DNA of 64,000 bases from Candidatus Bathyarchaeota archaeon (GTDB taxonomy: Archaea > Thermoproteota > Bathyarchaeia > TCS64). Location of the stretch: the NCBI GenBank assembly GCA_018652685.1, contig JABIBQ010000080.1, positions 8,357-72,356 on the forward strand. Direction: 5' to 3'. The notes below the pieces were generated by a model, which saw nothing but the letters and a program-made list of their open reading frames with translations, had not been told where the DNA came from and searched no databases. Positions within the stretch are counted from its first letter, which is position 1. Each line of letters begins with the position of its first letter. Shown here one piece after another: positions 54,736 to 64,000 of the stretch. A program made the position numbers and the translations under genes.

Positions 54736-55683
54736 ATGGACCCAGTAGTCTACGCCGAGGCAGCGTTCAGACACCCATTGAAGGCTGAGAAAGGGGATAG
54801 AGCCCTCATAGTTTACGAGGCGGACAGGTACAAGATGGCAGAGCCATTCATTGGGGCGGCCAAGACTCTGGGCCTTGAGACACTTCTGGTTAGGCTTCCA
54901 GCGCCCGACCAAGCGAGATTAGGGATTGAGGAAGAAATTCGCGAGACAATCAAATCGTTCAAACCGGATACCTGCGTCAACGTCATCCGTTACAGGGATA
55001 CCGAGACGAGTTTCAGATCCGAGTTGCTTGCAACAGAGAGACTTTCAGTTAAGACCGTCGGCCACAGCCCGGGAGGCACACCTGACATGTTTATCGACGG
55101 CGGCCTCGCGTTGACAGACGATAACTACTTTGAGATGTACTCCTGGATGGACAATCTTGTAGCTCAAACCAAAGGGGCTGACAGCGTCCACATCACCGCC
55201 CCAAACGGCACTGATTTCACGGTCGGTCTCAGGGACAGCTTCTTCAGACCCGAGACGATGAACCTGCCAACTGGTCAGGTGAGCTGCGTCCCTCCCGAGA
55301 CGGGTACACTTGATGGTAGAATTGTCTGCATCCACGGCGGCACTGGGGCGATGAGGCTTGATGCCCCGGTTGTCCTAGATGCCGTGAAAGGCTCAGTAAA
55401 TTCGATTGATTGCAACGACCCTGAGCTACTGGAAATGGTTTCAACCGAGTTCAACAGGGACCTGGGGGCTCGGATGACCAACGAGATCGGTATCGGAGCG
55501 AACAGGATGGCAAAGGTCAGGATGAACCCCCTTGACGCCGAAAAGAACAGGGGCTCCATCAGCATCGGATTCGGCGGTCCACACAACGACTCCGTGGCAC
55601 AGCTCAACCTCCTGATCCCCAGGGCCACCGCTGTGATAACCAGGAATGGCGTGGAGACCACCATCGTATCCCCTACCCACTAG
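54736..55683 (+). CDS. Aminopeptidase T/M29-like protein with degenerate metal site
   Basis: PNGTDF, NLPTGQV, EIGIGAN, AEK, GFG follow the family motif order. Confidence 0.7.
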   Translation: MDPVVYAEAAFRHPLKAEKGDRALIVYEADRYKMAEPFIGAAKTLGLETLLVRLPAPDQARLGIEEEIRETIKSFKPDTCVNVIRYRDTETSFRSELLATERLSVKTVGHSPGGTPDMFIDGGLALTDDNYFEMYSWMDNLVAQTKGADSVHITAPNGTDFTVGLRDSFFRPETMNLPTGQVSCVPPETGTLDGRIVCIHGGTGAMRLDAPVVLDAVKGSVNSIDCNDPELLEMVSTEFNRDLGARMTNEIGIGANRMAKVRMNPLDAEKNRGSISIGFGGPHNDSVAQLNLLIPRATAVITRNGVETTIVSPTH

Positions 55684-55720
55684 TTGACCGCAAGAGGTAA
55701 ACACTCGCGGCATCAACTCA

Positions 55721-56908
55721 TTGGACAAGATGGTGAATGAGACTAAAAGCAACAGGCTCATCCTGCCATCGCTTCTCATAGCGACGCTGAGCACCTACCC
55801 ACCGTCAATCGTGGCCTCGGTGCTGCTCACGGAGATCAGTAAAGATCTTAACGTCCCCATCGGGATCGGCGGACAGATCAGGACAGCCGCCAGCATGGTC
55901 GCGTTCATCGGCAGCATCGCGATGACGTTCATAGCGGCCCGGTACAATTACAAGCGCCTCCTCACGGTTGGGCTCCTAGTGATAGCCGCCTCGGCTGTGA
56001 CCAGCAGCCTTGCCCCCAGCTTCTCCGTGCTGCTCCTGTCAACGGTTCTGACGGGGGCGGGCATGGCAATAGTGGTACCCATGACAACGACCCTCATCGC
56101 GGAGTACTTCCCGCTAGCCGAGCAAGGGCGGGCCATGAGCCTCCTCGGGGTAGGAGGCGGCTTTGGGTTCCTGTTAGGTGGGACGATAGTAGGGCAACTA
56201 GCCGCAGTCGGTGGCTGGAGACTCGCATATATCGGGTTTGCGGGGACTCTTGGTGCGCTTGGATTGATAATCACTTATTTTACCCTCCCGGACACGGAGA
56301 ACAAGGGAGTAAAGGATATTACATCCGGGGTACGGGAGATCGTATCAAATAGGAGCGCCATCGGTTGCCTCGTGAGCAACCTCCTCGCATCGGCTGGCAT
56401 CCAGGGGGTCTACTTCTGGTGCTTCAGCTTCATCAAGGAGACATTCCAGACAAGCACGGTGCAGACGGGATACATCTTCACCGGTACGGCGGTTATGTTC
56501 ATCACTGGTAGCTACCTGACATCCCGCGTCCTCTCCAGACTAGGGCCGAAGCTCACTGTCACACTTGGGTTGATTGGCACCAGCGTATGCACTGTGGTGT
56601 ACAACATCTCACCCACGTTATCAATTGCAACCGTAGCCATACTTACTGGCAACCTCCTCGATTCATTCAGGTACAACGCCCACAACACCCTCAGCCTCGG
56701 ACAGACCGAGTCAAAGGGCTCCATGATGAGCCTCCACAACGCTGCGTCAAACCTCGGCTACTCCATTGGGAGCGCACTTGGGGTCTTACTGCTGGTGTCC
56801 AACTGGCTGACACTGGGCACGATACTGACGGCCATGTCCCTCACTGCTGCAGCAACGATACTGGCAGTCGTCAAACTGCCAGACTCAGAAATCGTATTAG
56901 ACCAATAA
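55721..56908 (+). CDS. MFS transporter
   Basis: About 12 TM; EQGRAMS, GGWR. Confidence 0.8.
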   Translation: MDKMVNETKSNRLILPSLLIATLSTYPPSIVASVLLTEISKDLNVPIGIGGQIRTAASMVAFIGSIAMTFIAARYNYKRLLTVGLLVIAASAVTSSLAPSFSVLLLSTVLTGAGMAIVVPMTTTLIAEYFPLAEQGRAMSLLGVGGGFGFLLGGTIVGQLAAVGGWRLAYIGFAGTLGALGLIITYFTLPDTENKGVKDITSGVREIVSNRSAIGCLVSNLLASAGIQGVYFWCFSFIKETFQTSTVQTGYIFTGTAVMFITGSYLTSRVLSRLGPKLTVTLGLIGTSVCTVVYNISPTLSIATVAILTGNLLDSFRYNAHNTLSLGQTESKGSMMSLHNAASNLGYSIGSALGVLLLVSNWLTLGTILTAMSLTAAATILAVVKLPDSEIVLDQ

Positions 56909-56916
56909 AAGTGGGA

Positions 56917-58080
56917 TTACTCCCAGAACTTTTCAGGGGGCACCTGTTTTCCGTAGCCCATGAAGTCATCAGACCAGGCCCAGAACTTGTTCAGCGCGGG
57001 CACATTACGGATGAACCACTTGACCACGTCGTGGTGTAAACCAGGCTTCTTGTTGAACGAGCAGACCCTGAAGCAGATGCCGCACCCTGATTCGACCACG
57101 CTCCAGTGGTCAAGGCATCCCTCGGCGTCCACGTACCACTTGAGTGCTCCGGGGTTGTTGGCGTCACTCACGGTCTCGTAGCTGCGCCTTCCGCTGGATA
57201 TTGATTGACTCGGGCACATTTCTGCACATTTCTTGCAGTCCTCGCAGAACTCCACAATCCCCCCGGGGGCCATGGCGCTCTGAGCAAGTGGCAGGTCGGT
57301 GAATATCTTGAGTATCCTGCACATGCTTCCATGCTTCCAAGTAATGAGCCTGCCATGTCTACCTAGATGTCCAAGACCTGCCTGAATGGCCATAGGGACA
57401 CTCACAGCTGTGTCATTTCCGCAGGGGACGGCGTGGTACCCGAGGCCCCTGATGAACTCGGCCACCATCCCACCGAGGATATGCATTTGGCTGTATCCAA
57501 GGCCTGAAACGGACTCGGTTGCCGATGGCGTATGCATGAAGTTCTCCAGATCCATGGGGACCGTCAACACGATGACCCATTTGTGGCTCTCCGGGATGAC
57601 CGCCTTCTCTTCGGTGGTGTACCCCTCCTCCACGTCCTCAAAGACGATGGGCTTGCCGTACCTGGTGTGGCTGTAGACCCATCGCTTGTCAAGAGGCGTG
57701 AACCCAGTGTCCCCTGCACCGTAGAACTTACACGCCTTGCGCACTGCCTTTGCCGCTTCTTCTGGAGTTGACTCCCATTTACCTACCCCGGGATACTTCT
57801 TGGCCTTCCCGAGGCTCTGCCACTTGTAAAACCCCTTATCCTGGGTATGGCTCTCCCCGAAAGGCGTCTCGTACATCCCTGCTGCGTCGTGGAACGCATA
57901 ATCAAGCAAGCTGAACCCCTTCCTACCTGATAGTATCCTGCCCGCCCTGGACTCCAGAGAGGTGAACTGAAGCAGTTTGCCCGTCTTCTTGAATGCCTGG
58001 CCGAACGCGGTATCCCTCGCGTCGAACCTCTCGTACTCGTCCTTAACGGGGTACAGCTCGTCAAAGGATTTCTTGGCCAT
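56917..58080 (-). CDS. rdhA: Reductive dehalogenase (corrinoid/2x[4Fe-4S]) homologue without TAT signal
   Basis: WVYS, GYSQM, FIRGLGYHA, AIQAGLG, RILKIFTDLPL, FCEDCKKCAEMCP, C-X10-CGICFRVC. Confidence 0.82.
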   Translation of the reverse strand: MAKKSFDELYPVKDEYERFDARDTAFGQAFKKTGKLLQFTSLESRAGRILSGRKGFSLLDYAFHDAAGMYETPFGESHTQDKGFYKWQSLGKAKKYPGVGKWESTPEEAAKAVRKACKFYGAGDTGFTPLDKRWVYSHTRYGKPIVFEDVEEGYTTEEKAVIPESHKWVIVLTVPMDLENFMHTPSATESVSGLGYSQMHILGGMVAEFIRGLGYHAVPCGNDTAVSVPMAIQAGLGHLGRHGRLITWKHGSMCRILKIFTDLPLAQSAMAPGGIVEFCEDCKKCAEMCPSQSISSGRRSYETVSDANNPGALKWYVDAEGCLDHWSVVESGCGICFRVCSFNKKPGLHHDVVKWFIRNVPALNKFWAWSDDFMGYGKQVPPEKFWE

Positions 58081-58088
58081 TTTAATCA

Positions 58089-59471
58089 CTAGAACACGAT
58101 GTGGTGCTTGATGCGTTTAGCCGCATCAGCGACATGGCTCACAACCGCCTCGGCGTCAATGGTCGGGAAGGTACCGTTGTCGTATACCATTTTCCCGTTT
58201 ACCATGGTCCAGACCGTGTCCCTGCCTCCTGAGCCCGCGTATACGAGGGTCTCTAGCGGCTCGTAGAGCGGCGTCAGGAAGTGGTTGCCCTTGATCTTTA
58301 CGGCTGTGAGGTCGGCCAGCTGTCCTGGTTGTACAGTGCCCAGATCGTCGTGCCCTAACATCTTTGCGCCGGTTACAGTTGCCATCTTGAACGCGTCAAG
58401 GTGGCTCACCGCGTCGGCCTTCATCTTATTAATCCTCTGGAGGAGGACAGCCTGCCTCATGTCCCTGTACATGTCCAGGCTATCGTTCTGGGGGGCACCG
58501 TCAGTGCCTATCCCGACGTCCACGCCTTTCTCCAGTAGTTCAACAAGTGGTAACACGCCGATTGCACATATCTGGTTACAGCTTGGCATATGTGAAATGC
58601 TTGCTCCTGTCTCCTTGACCATGTCCATCTCGGCCTCGGCCATCCAGATACAATGGGCCAGGCTCGTCCTCTCATCAAGTATGCCTAAGTTGTAAGCCAT
58701 TGCAACGCTCCCAACGTAACCTGTGTCTCGCTGGACTATCTTGATCTCCGGTGATGTACCCGCCCAGTGGAGATGGTAACGAGTATCGTAGTCATCTGCC
58801 ATCTTCTTGAGCTCGACAAGTGCCTCGTTTGTGCATCCACCGACTGTTCTCTTGCCGCCTGATGGGCCGACCCATGCCTGGACAAGGTCGTCCGGTTTCT
58901 CCTTCTTCCATGCATCGAGGAAAACTTTCGTCTCCCCGAGCTCCTGGGCCATGTCCTTGCCCACGTGTCCCTGGTCGATGGTGCTGAAGTCCTCGGCTCC
59001 CTTGGCTATGGCTCCCCTGAGCCCGAACTCGTGGAGGGCGTGGGCCATGGTTAGGCTGTGGCGTTTTGCGAAGTTGACGCTGTGTTCAATAAGGGCCGTA
59101 GAGCCGCTGCTGGCGGCCTCCATGGCGGTGATAAGGGTCAGCGACCTGTACAGCTCCTCGCCCTCGTCCTCCATTGCCTTGGCCGTGGGGAAGACTAGCC
59201 TGTCACACCACTCGTGGAACGGGAAATCATGGCCCAATCCACGCATCATAGTCTCGTGGATGTGGGTGTGAGTGTTGATGAGCCCGGGTAGGATAGCCTG
59301 ACCCGTGCAGTCACGTTCCTCGTCGATGATGTGGTCAGCCTTTAGTTTCTCGTAAGGGCCTACATCGATTATCCTGTCGCCTTTGATCAGCACCGAATAT
59401 TTCTCGTTGATAATGGACGCGCCTTGAATGACATAGTCAGCGTCCCTAAGAACCAGCGTTTTATCGCTCAT
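58089..59471 (-). CDS. Atz/Trz/MTA-SAH deaminase-family amidohydrolase
   Basis: PGLINTHTH, AHCIW, SHMP, GTDG, GQLADL; start MSDKT at 59471. Confidence 0.85.
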   Translation of the reverse strand: MSDKTLVLRDADYVIQGASIINEKYSVLIKGDRIIDVGPYEKLKADHIIDEERDCTGQAILPGLINTHTHIHETMMRGLGHDFPFHEWCDRLVFPTAKAMEDEGEELYRSLTLITAMEAASSGSTALIEHSVNFAKRHSLTMAHALHEFGLRGAIAKGAEDFSTIDQGHVGKDMAQELGETKVFLDAWKKEKPDDLVQAWVGPSGGKRTVGGCTNEALVELKKMADDYDTRYHLHWAGTSPEIKIVQRDTGYVGSVAMAYNLGILDERTSLAHCIWMAEAEMDMVKETGASISHMPSCNQICAIGVLPLVELLEKGVDVGIGTDGAPQNDSLDMYRDMRQAVLLQRINKMKADAVSHLDAFKMATVTGAKMLGHDDLGTVQPGQLADLTAVKIKGNHFLTPLYEPLETLVYAGSGGRDTVWTMVNGKMVYDNGTFPTIDAEAVVSHVADAAKRIKHHIVF

Positions 59472-59589
59472 GCTGTATCTCCTGCGGTTCGCGTATTTGA
59501 AACCAACTGGATGAACTCTACACACGGATATTATCCGGTCACGTTTCTGTACATACGCAGATTATTCACCCTTGAAACTGGGTGAAGCC

Positions 59590-60831
59590 TCAGGGGCCCT
59601 CTTTTGGCTTCAATAATAGAAGGATGAGCAAGGTACCAACAGTGTTCATCAGGAAACTCGCGTAGAATGGGGCTTCGGGTGAGACATTGTCGGTGAGGTA
59701 GCCACCCACATAACTAGCCGGCGTACCGATGATGCTCACGAAAGTACCCATGAGGCCCATCATCCTGGCCCTCCCCTCGGCTGGAGTCATGTCGGCCACC
59801 AGTGCCTGCCAGACGGGGCCACCCCTGACCCTCATGAAAGTCCCGCCAAGGCCGGAACCGATGCTGCCTGTAACTCGGAAAGCCCCCAGTGTGAGCACAC
59901 TACTGCTCAGGGGGATTCCGATAGTGCTGAGGCTTGCTATGACCCTGCTAATGATCACTGTCTGTTTCCGGCCTATCCTATCACTGAGCACTCCACCGGG
60001 GAGGGTCAGGAACAGGGAAACCATACTCACGACTGTGCTGATAGCCCCGTACTCGGTCTTGGAGAGCCCCATGACGTTGATAACATATGGAACCGTGAAG
60101 CTGAAGACCATCCTTACAGAGAAGGAGCTGAGCCCGGCGACGACGGTTAACACCCACGCTTCCCTTGGCATCGACCCGAGTTCACGGATGCTACCAAGAT
60201 TGAGATCTAATTGTGTGTCCTTTCTCGCGTCAGGAAGCAATGTCTCTTCGAGGAATAACCAGTAGACCACGGCACTGAGAGCGGACATCCCGATTACCCC
60301 TGTTAATACCACTCTTACGCCTGGTATGACGCCGAAATGATCCATTATCATGCCACCGACGATACCAGAAAACACGTTTGGTATCTTCCCTACGAAACTT
60401 ATCGCCGCAAACCCGGCCCCCCGTTTATCAGTGGGTAGGCTTTCCGCGATCAAGGCGTTCATGGCGCCCCTGCTCAGAGATGCGGCCGAGGAGAGTATCA
60501 TCGCTGGTGCCAATTGAATCCATTCCCCTGCGAACAGGTAGATGAGGGGTGCCCCAAAGCTAAGAACAGCCGCGGCGATGATGACCCGCTTCCTGCCGTA
60601 CCTATCAGCAAGTACGCCCCCCGGGATCTGGAAGAACATCCCACCCAGGGTCTCCACCATCACAAGCAGGCCGAGGATCTCATTTGTCGCCCCCAACTCA
60701 AGGATAAAGAGGCTCTTATACGGCCACCAGAGCCAAGCGAGGAACATGCTCAGGGTCTGGGTGAGCATGACGATTACGATATTTCGGTTATCAAGGAACT
60801 CGCGTACGCCCTGGAGTGACACAGTTAACAC
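59590..60831 (-). CDS. MFS transporter
   Basis: GVLADRYGRK, GVLSDRIGRK. Confidence 0.85.
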   Translation of the reverse strand: MLTVSLQGVREFLDNRNIVIVMLTQTLSMFLAWLWWPYKSLFILELGATNEILGLLVMVETLGGMFFQIPGGVLADRYGRKRVIIAAAVLSFGAPLIYLFAGEWIQLAPAMILSSAASLSRGAMNALIAESLPTDKRGAGFAAISFVGKIPNVFSGIVGGMIMDHFGVIPGVRVVLTGVIGMSALSAVVYWLFLEETLLPDARKDTQLDLNLGSIRELGSMPREAWVLTVVAGLSSFSVRMVFSFTVPYVINVMGLSKTEYGAISTVVSMVSLFLTLPGGVLSDRIGRKQTVIISRVIASLSTIGIPLSSSVLTLGAFRVTGSIGSGLGGTFMRVRGGPVWQALVADMTPAEGRARMMGLMGTFVSIIGTPASYVGGYLTDNVSPEAPFYASFLMNTVGTLLILLLLKPKEGP

Positions 60832-60879
60832 GGGTATGACTGGTATAAAAAATGGGCTTGATGTGGACTAGATGGCCAA

Positions 60880-62049
60880 TCAGGACGGGTCTTCCCGTAT
60901 AGCCCAGACCGAGTAGACGGCGTTCAAGGACAGTGCGATGACCACGAACCATATGCTGACACCCGACCCCATGGTCTGGTATAGGTACCCTACTGTCGGC
61001 GTCGAGATCAGGCCTCCGATGTTCTCTGCCTCTGAGTACAGCCCCATGATTAACCCTGAGCGATCCTTGCTCATCACAGAGATGAGGTGGAGCATCATGC
61101 TGGTATCTGCTGCGGCCCAGCTCAATCCCTGCAACACCCCGACGAAGTACATGAGGTAGATTCCACCAGTGTACATGAGTGCTAGGTAGCTTGTAACCCA
61201 TCCCAGGAGCGACGCGATTATGAGCTTCTTGTTTCCAAGCCGGTCACAGAGGTCTCCCAGGATCGACCGCCCAGCTGCTCCTGCAAATCGGAATATACTG
61301 AAGAATGCGCCTATCTGTGACTCTGATGCGGCATAGATGGGGGACTCGTTGAGAAATACTGGGAGGAAGTTATGGAGAAAGCCCATGTTGAAGAAGAATA
61401 AACCTCTGACGCTAAAGATCCTGAGGATTGGCCCAGTCAGGATACTCCTCAGGTCGCCGAACCCGTTTCCCGTTGATTTTGATTCAGGTTCCTCGTACTT
61501 GATCGAAAACACAGCAAACATACCCACGAGCCCTATTGCGGCGGCTATGTAGAAGGGAAGGTCATACCCGAAGACCTCCGAGATGTATCCACCGATTAGT
61601 GGGCTAACCATGCCACCGAAACCGATTACTGACATGTATCTGCCATATGCCTTACCACGATCCTCTGACGGGAGCAGTTCCGCGGTCAATGCCTTCATCG
61701 GTATGCTGTACGCCGACATGATGCTTGTCTTCAGGAACTCCAGGACCATAAAGAAACCCAGCCCAGTCGCCATCGGGTAGACACCGTAGAGGATAGTAGT
61801 AAGCAGCAGGGAGCCAGCCAACATCCACCGTTTGTTCCACCTGTCTGCTATAACCCCCATGAACGGCTCCCATATGAACCACCCCAGCATCGATGCGGTG
61901 CCAAGGAGCCCAATCTGGGCCAAGGTTAGCCCTTGGCTGCGGACGAATAGGCTCAGGATGGGTGATATAATGCCCCCACGGAAGTTTGTGGTGAGCTGTA
62001 CGATCATGAGCATCAACAGCGAACGCTGCCTGTCCAAGGGTTTAGCCAT
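60880..62049 (-). CDS. MFS transporter
   Basis: GVIADRW, SPLIGG, GDLCDRLG; start 62049-62058. Confidence 0.85.
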   Translation of the reverse strand: MAKPLDRQRSLLMLMIVQLTTNFRGGIISPILSLFVRSQGLTLAQIGLLGTASMLGWFIWEPFMGVIADRWNKRWMLAGSLLLTTILYGVYPMATGLGFFMVLEFLKTSIMSAYSIPMKALTAELLPSEDRGKAYGRYMSVIGFGGMVSPLIGGYISEVFGYDLPFYIAAAIGLVGMFAVFSIKYEEPESKSTGNGFGDLRSILTGPILRIFSVRGLFFFNMGFLHNFLPVFLNESPIYAASESQIGAFFSIFRFAGAAGRSILGDLCDRLGNKKLIIASLLGWVTSYLALMYTGGIYLMYFVGVLQGLSWAAADTSMMLHLISVMSKDRSGLIMGLYSEAENIGGLISTPTVGYLYQTMGSGVSIWFVVIALSLNAVYSVWAIREDPS

Positions 62050-62095
62050 GACCATCAAAAACGAGTGGTCGGCTTAAAAAAGGTGTTAATATAAA

Positions 62096-63052
62096 CTAGG
62101 CGACTTGTGGAACTAGCTCGGCAGCGTCAACGTGGACCTTTTCGAGGGCGTTCTTGAGACCTCTGTACCTGTTCCTCAGTGTAACCTCTGTGGTCCCTGC
62201 CGCTTTCGCTATGACCCTTTGGACGCGCTTCTCGCCCGTCTCCTGGCAGGCCATGTATAGGGCAGCCGCGGCTAGACCCCTTGGGTCCTTGCCTGTCAAC
62301 TCCCTCATCTCGTCGGCCTTTCTAAGGATCCTGATGGCAGTCTGCTCGGTTAGCTGGGTCACCTTGAGGTGTCCCGCGATGCTGGGCACGAACTTGTAGG
62401 GCCCGTCTACCGGCGGCCTGAGCTTTAGCTCCCTGTGGAGTAGCCTGTATGTCATGGCCACCTCGCTGTGTAGCCGTTTGCTGGCCTTGCTGACTTCCTT
62501 AAGTGGTCTGGGTATGCCCATAACCCTGCATGCGGCGTAGATGCTGGCGGCAACGAACGCGTCGATGCTCCTTCCTCGAATGAGGTCTTTCAGCAGTGCC
62601 TTCCTGTAGATGAGGGCGGCGTTCTCCTTGACGCTCCTCGGCAGATGCAGATCGCTTGTGAGCCTGTCAAGCTCAGCCATGGCGATGCTCAGGTTCCTTG
62701 CGTGTGTCTCGTTTACCTTGCTCCTGTTGTCCTGGCGCTGGAGCCTCCGCATCCTGCGCTGAGTCTCAAAGTCCAGTCGTTTCCCTGAGGCGTCCTTGTC
62801 TCCCTTGATGACCGTTGATAGGCCCTTGTCGTAGATGCTGTAGCTGTAGCCTGTCCCTGTCCTTCTTCTGTCGTTTTCCTGCAGGTTGAATACTCTGTAC
62901 TCGGGGCCGAGGTCCACGATGATATCAGTTACCACTAGACCACATGAAGCGCAGACACGTTCCCCCGTCTGTCTGTCGTTCACTATTTTGCTGCCTCCGC
63001 AGTGGGGGCAATTGGACGCAGTGTCCTCGTTTTCTATATTTACTCGGTTCAC
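62096..63052 (-). CDS. tfb: Transcription initiation factor IIB
   Basis: Zn ribbon CPHC...CASC, GPEYR, ARNLSIA, IRGRSI, GKDPRGLAAAALY, TEVTLRNRY. Confidence 0.95.
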   Translation of the reverse strand: MNRVNIENEDTASNCPHCGGSKIVNDRQTGERVCASCGLVVTDIIVDLGPEYRVFNLQENDRRRTGTGYSYSIYDKGLSTVIKGDKDASGKRLDFETQRRMRRLQRQDNRSKVNETHARNLSIAMAELDRLTSDLHLPRSVKENAALIYRKALLKDLIRGRSIDAFVAASIYAACRVMGIPRPLKEVSKASKRLHSEVAMTYRLLHRELKLRPPVDGPYKFVPSIAGHLKVTQLTEQTAIRILRKADEMRELTGKDPRGLAAAALYMACQETGEKRVQRVIAKAAGTTEVTLRNRYRGLKNALEKVHVDAAELVPQVA

Positions 63053-63268
63053 TTTCTTTCCTCCTAAAAGTTATACCTATGGGTATTTTACCCATATTAC
63101 ATTGAAATCTTCTACGACATCGCTTATAAATGTTACTTTCTTCATGTGTTCTCGTTGATATCTTCCCCATAATATAAAACAAGTTCTGGACAGGGAGTTC
63201 ATACTGGACCGCTGATCTTTTCGTCAACCAGACTTTGGCGAATGAGATAGGAAAAAAGGATCAGAGGA

Positions 63269-64000
63269 TTAGCTGCTTATCCTCTTGATGAACGCTTTAA
63301 CCAGCGCCACGGTGTTCTTGATGTCCTCCTCGGTTGTAATGCCGCATGGGCCGTGGATATACCTGCCGGGATTGGCGATGACTCCGCTGGGGATGCCCGC
63401 CTTTGTCAGATGGATGCTACCCGCGTCTGTCCCGCCGCTGGGTATCTTCTTGTACTGGTAGGGTATGCCCTCGGCGGCCGCCGCCTCTTGGATACAGCCC
63501 AGAACTTTAGGGTGGGTGATGACGCTCCTATCGGCGATTGTTACTACCGGCCCCTTGTGCAGTCCCGCACTCTGCTTGTGAGGCGCTACTCCTGGCATGT
63601 CCATGGCGAACGTGTTCTCCAAGGCTAACCCGTAGTCGGGGTCAACCTGCCACGCGGCGGTCTTGCTGCCTCTGAGTCCCACTTCTTCCTGGACGGTTCC
63701 CACGGCGACGACGTTGTAGGGCTTGTCCTTAACCCACTTGAACACCTCACACATCACATAACAGCCGACCCTGTCGTCGAACGCCTTGCCCCAGAGGAAT
63801 CCGTCGCCCAGGTCCTTGAACTGGACATCAAAGACGCCCTTCATGCCAATGTATGCTCCCTTAGCCTCGGCCATCTCGCGGGTTGACGCGCCTATGTCCA
63901 GGAACAGCTGGTCAGAGGGTATCGCAGCCTTCCTTTCAGCGGCGCTGAGGACGTGCGGAGGTTTTGTGCCGAGGATACCGTATAGGTTCCCCTTCTTGCC
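63269..64000 (-). CDS. M42 (TET) aminopeptidase, 5'-truncated by the window edge
   Basis: Frame open to the edge: KPPHV, LFLDIGA, AFDDRVG, VQEEVGLRG, GGTDAG, RYIH. Confidence 0.9.
   Translation of the reverse strand, partial: GKKGNLYGILGTKPPHVLSAAERKAAIPSDQLFLDIGASTREMAEAKGAYIGMKGVFDVQFKDLGDGFLWGKAFDDRVGCYVMCEVFKWVKDKPYNVVAVGTVQEEVGLRGSKTAAWQVDPDYGLALENTFAMDMPGVAPHKQSAGLHKGPVVTIADRSVITHPKVLGCIQEAAAAEGIPYQYKKIPSGGTDAGSIHLTKAGIPSGVIANPGRYIHGPCGITTEEDIKNTVALVKAFIKRISS

Noticed and set aside
1..64000. CRISPR arrays, tRNA/rRNA genes, IS elements, integrases, defence systems
   Set aside because: No regularly spaced repeats, cloverleaf or rRNA signatures, or transposase/integrase motifs were seen by eye; short RNAs could have been missed without covariance searches

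Overview
A gene-dense 64-kb archaeal chromosomal segment with about 62 CDS. TFB/TFIIB, archaeal class III-signal pilins, tungsten-type AOR, SAMP/MoaD proteins and a eukaryote-like topoisomerase IB point to a TACK-type archaeon. Bathyarchaeia is my best guess, but that is inference only. I saw no rRNA, tRNA, CRISPR array, transposase or integrase. Main blocks: (1) 0.9-7.1 kb, an apparently complete bacillithiol-like biosynthesis/utilisation cluster (bshA, bshB-like PIG-L deacetylase, bshC with a Cys4 insert, two DinB proteins, a WCGDC thioredoxin, an embedded amidohydrolase), next to a MerR regulator; (2) 7.5-14.7 kb, a type IV pilus operon whose ATPase appears to start at CTG; (3) proBA behind a structured ~130-nt leader; (4) AOR plus SAMP/MoaD and MoeB-rhodanese genes; (5) topoisomerase IB; (6) many peptidases/amidohydrolases and eight MFS transporters; (7) a TAT-less, RdhB-less reductive dehalogenase directly downstream of an atypical Atz/Trz-family hydrolase. 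Two decayed gene remnants missed by the ORF track (sucC, NifB/NifX-like) were found. All family calls come from motifs recognised by eye; no database search was run.
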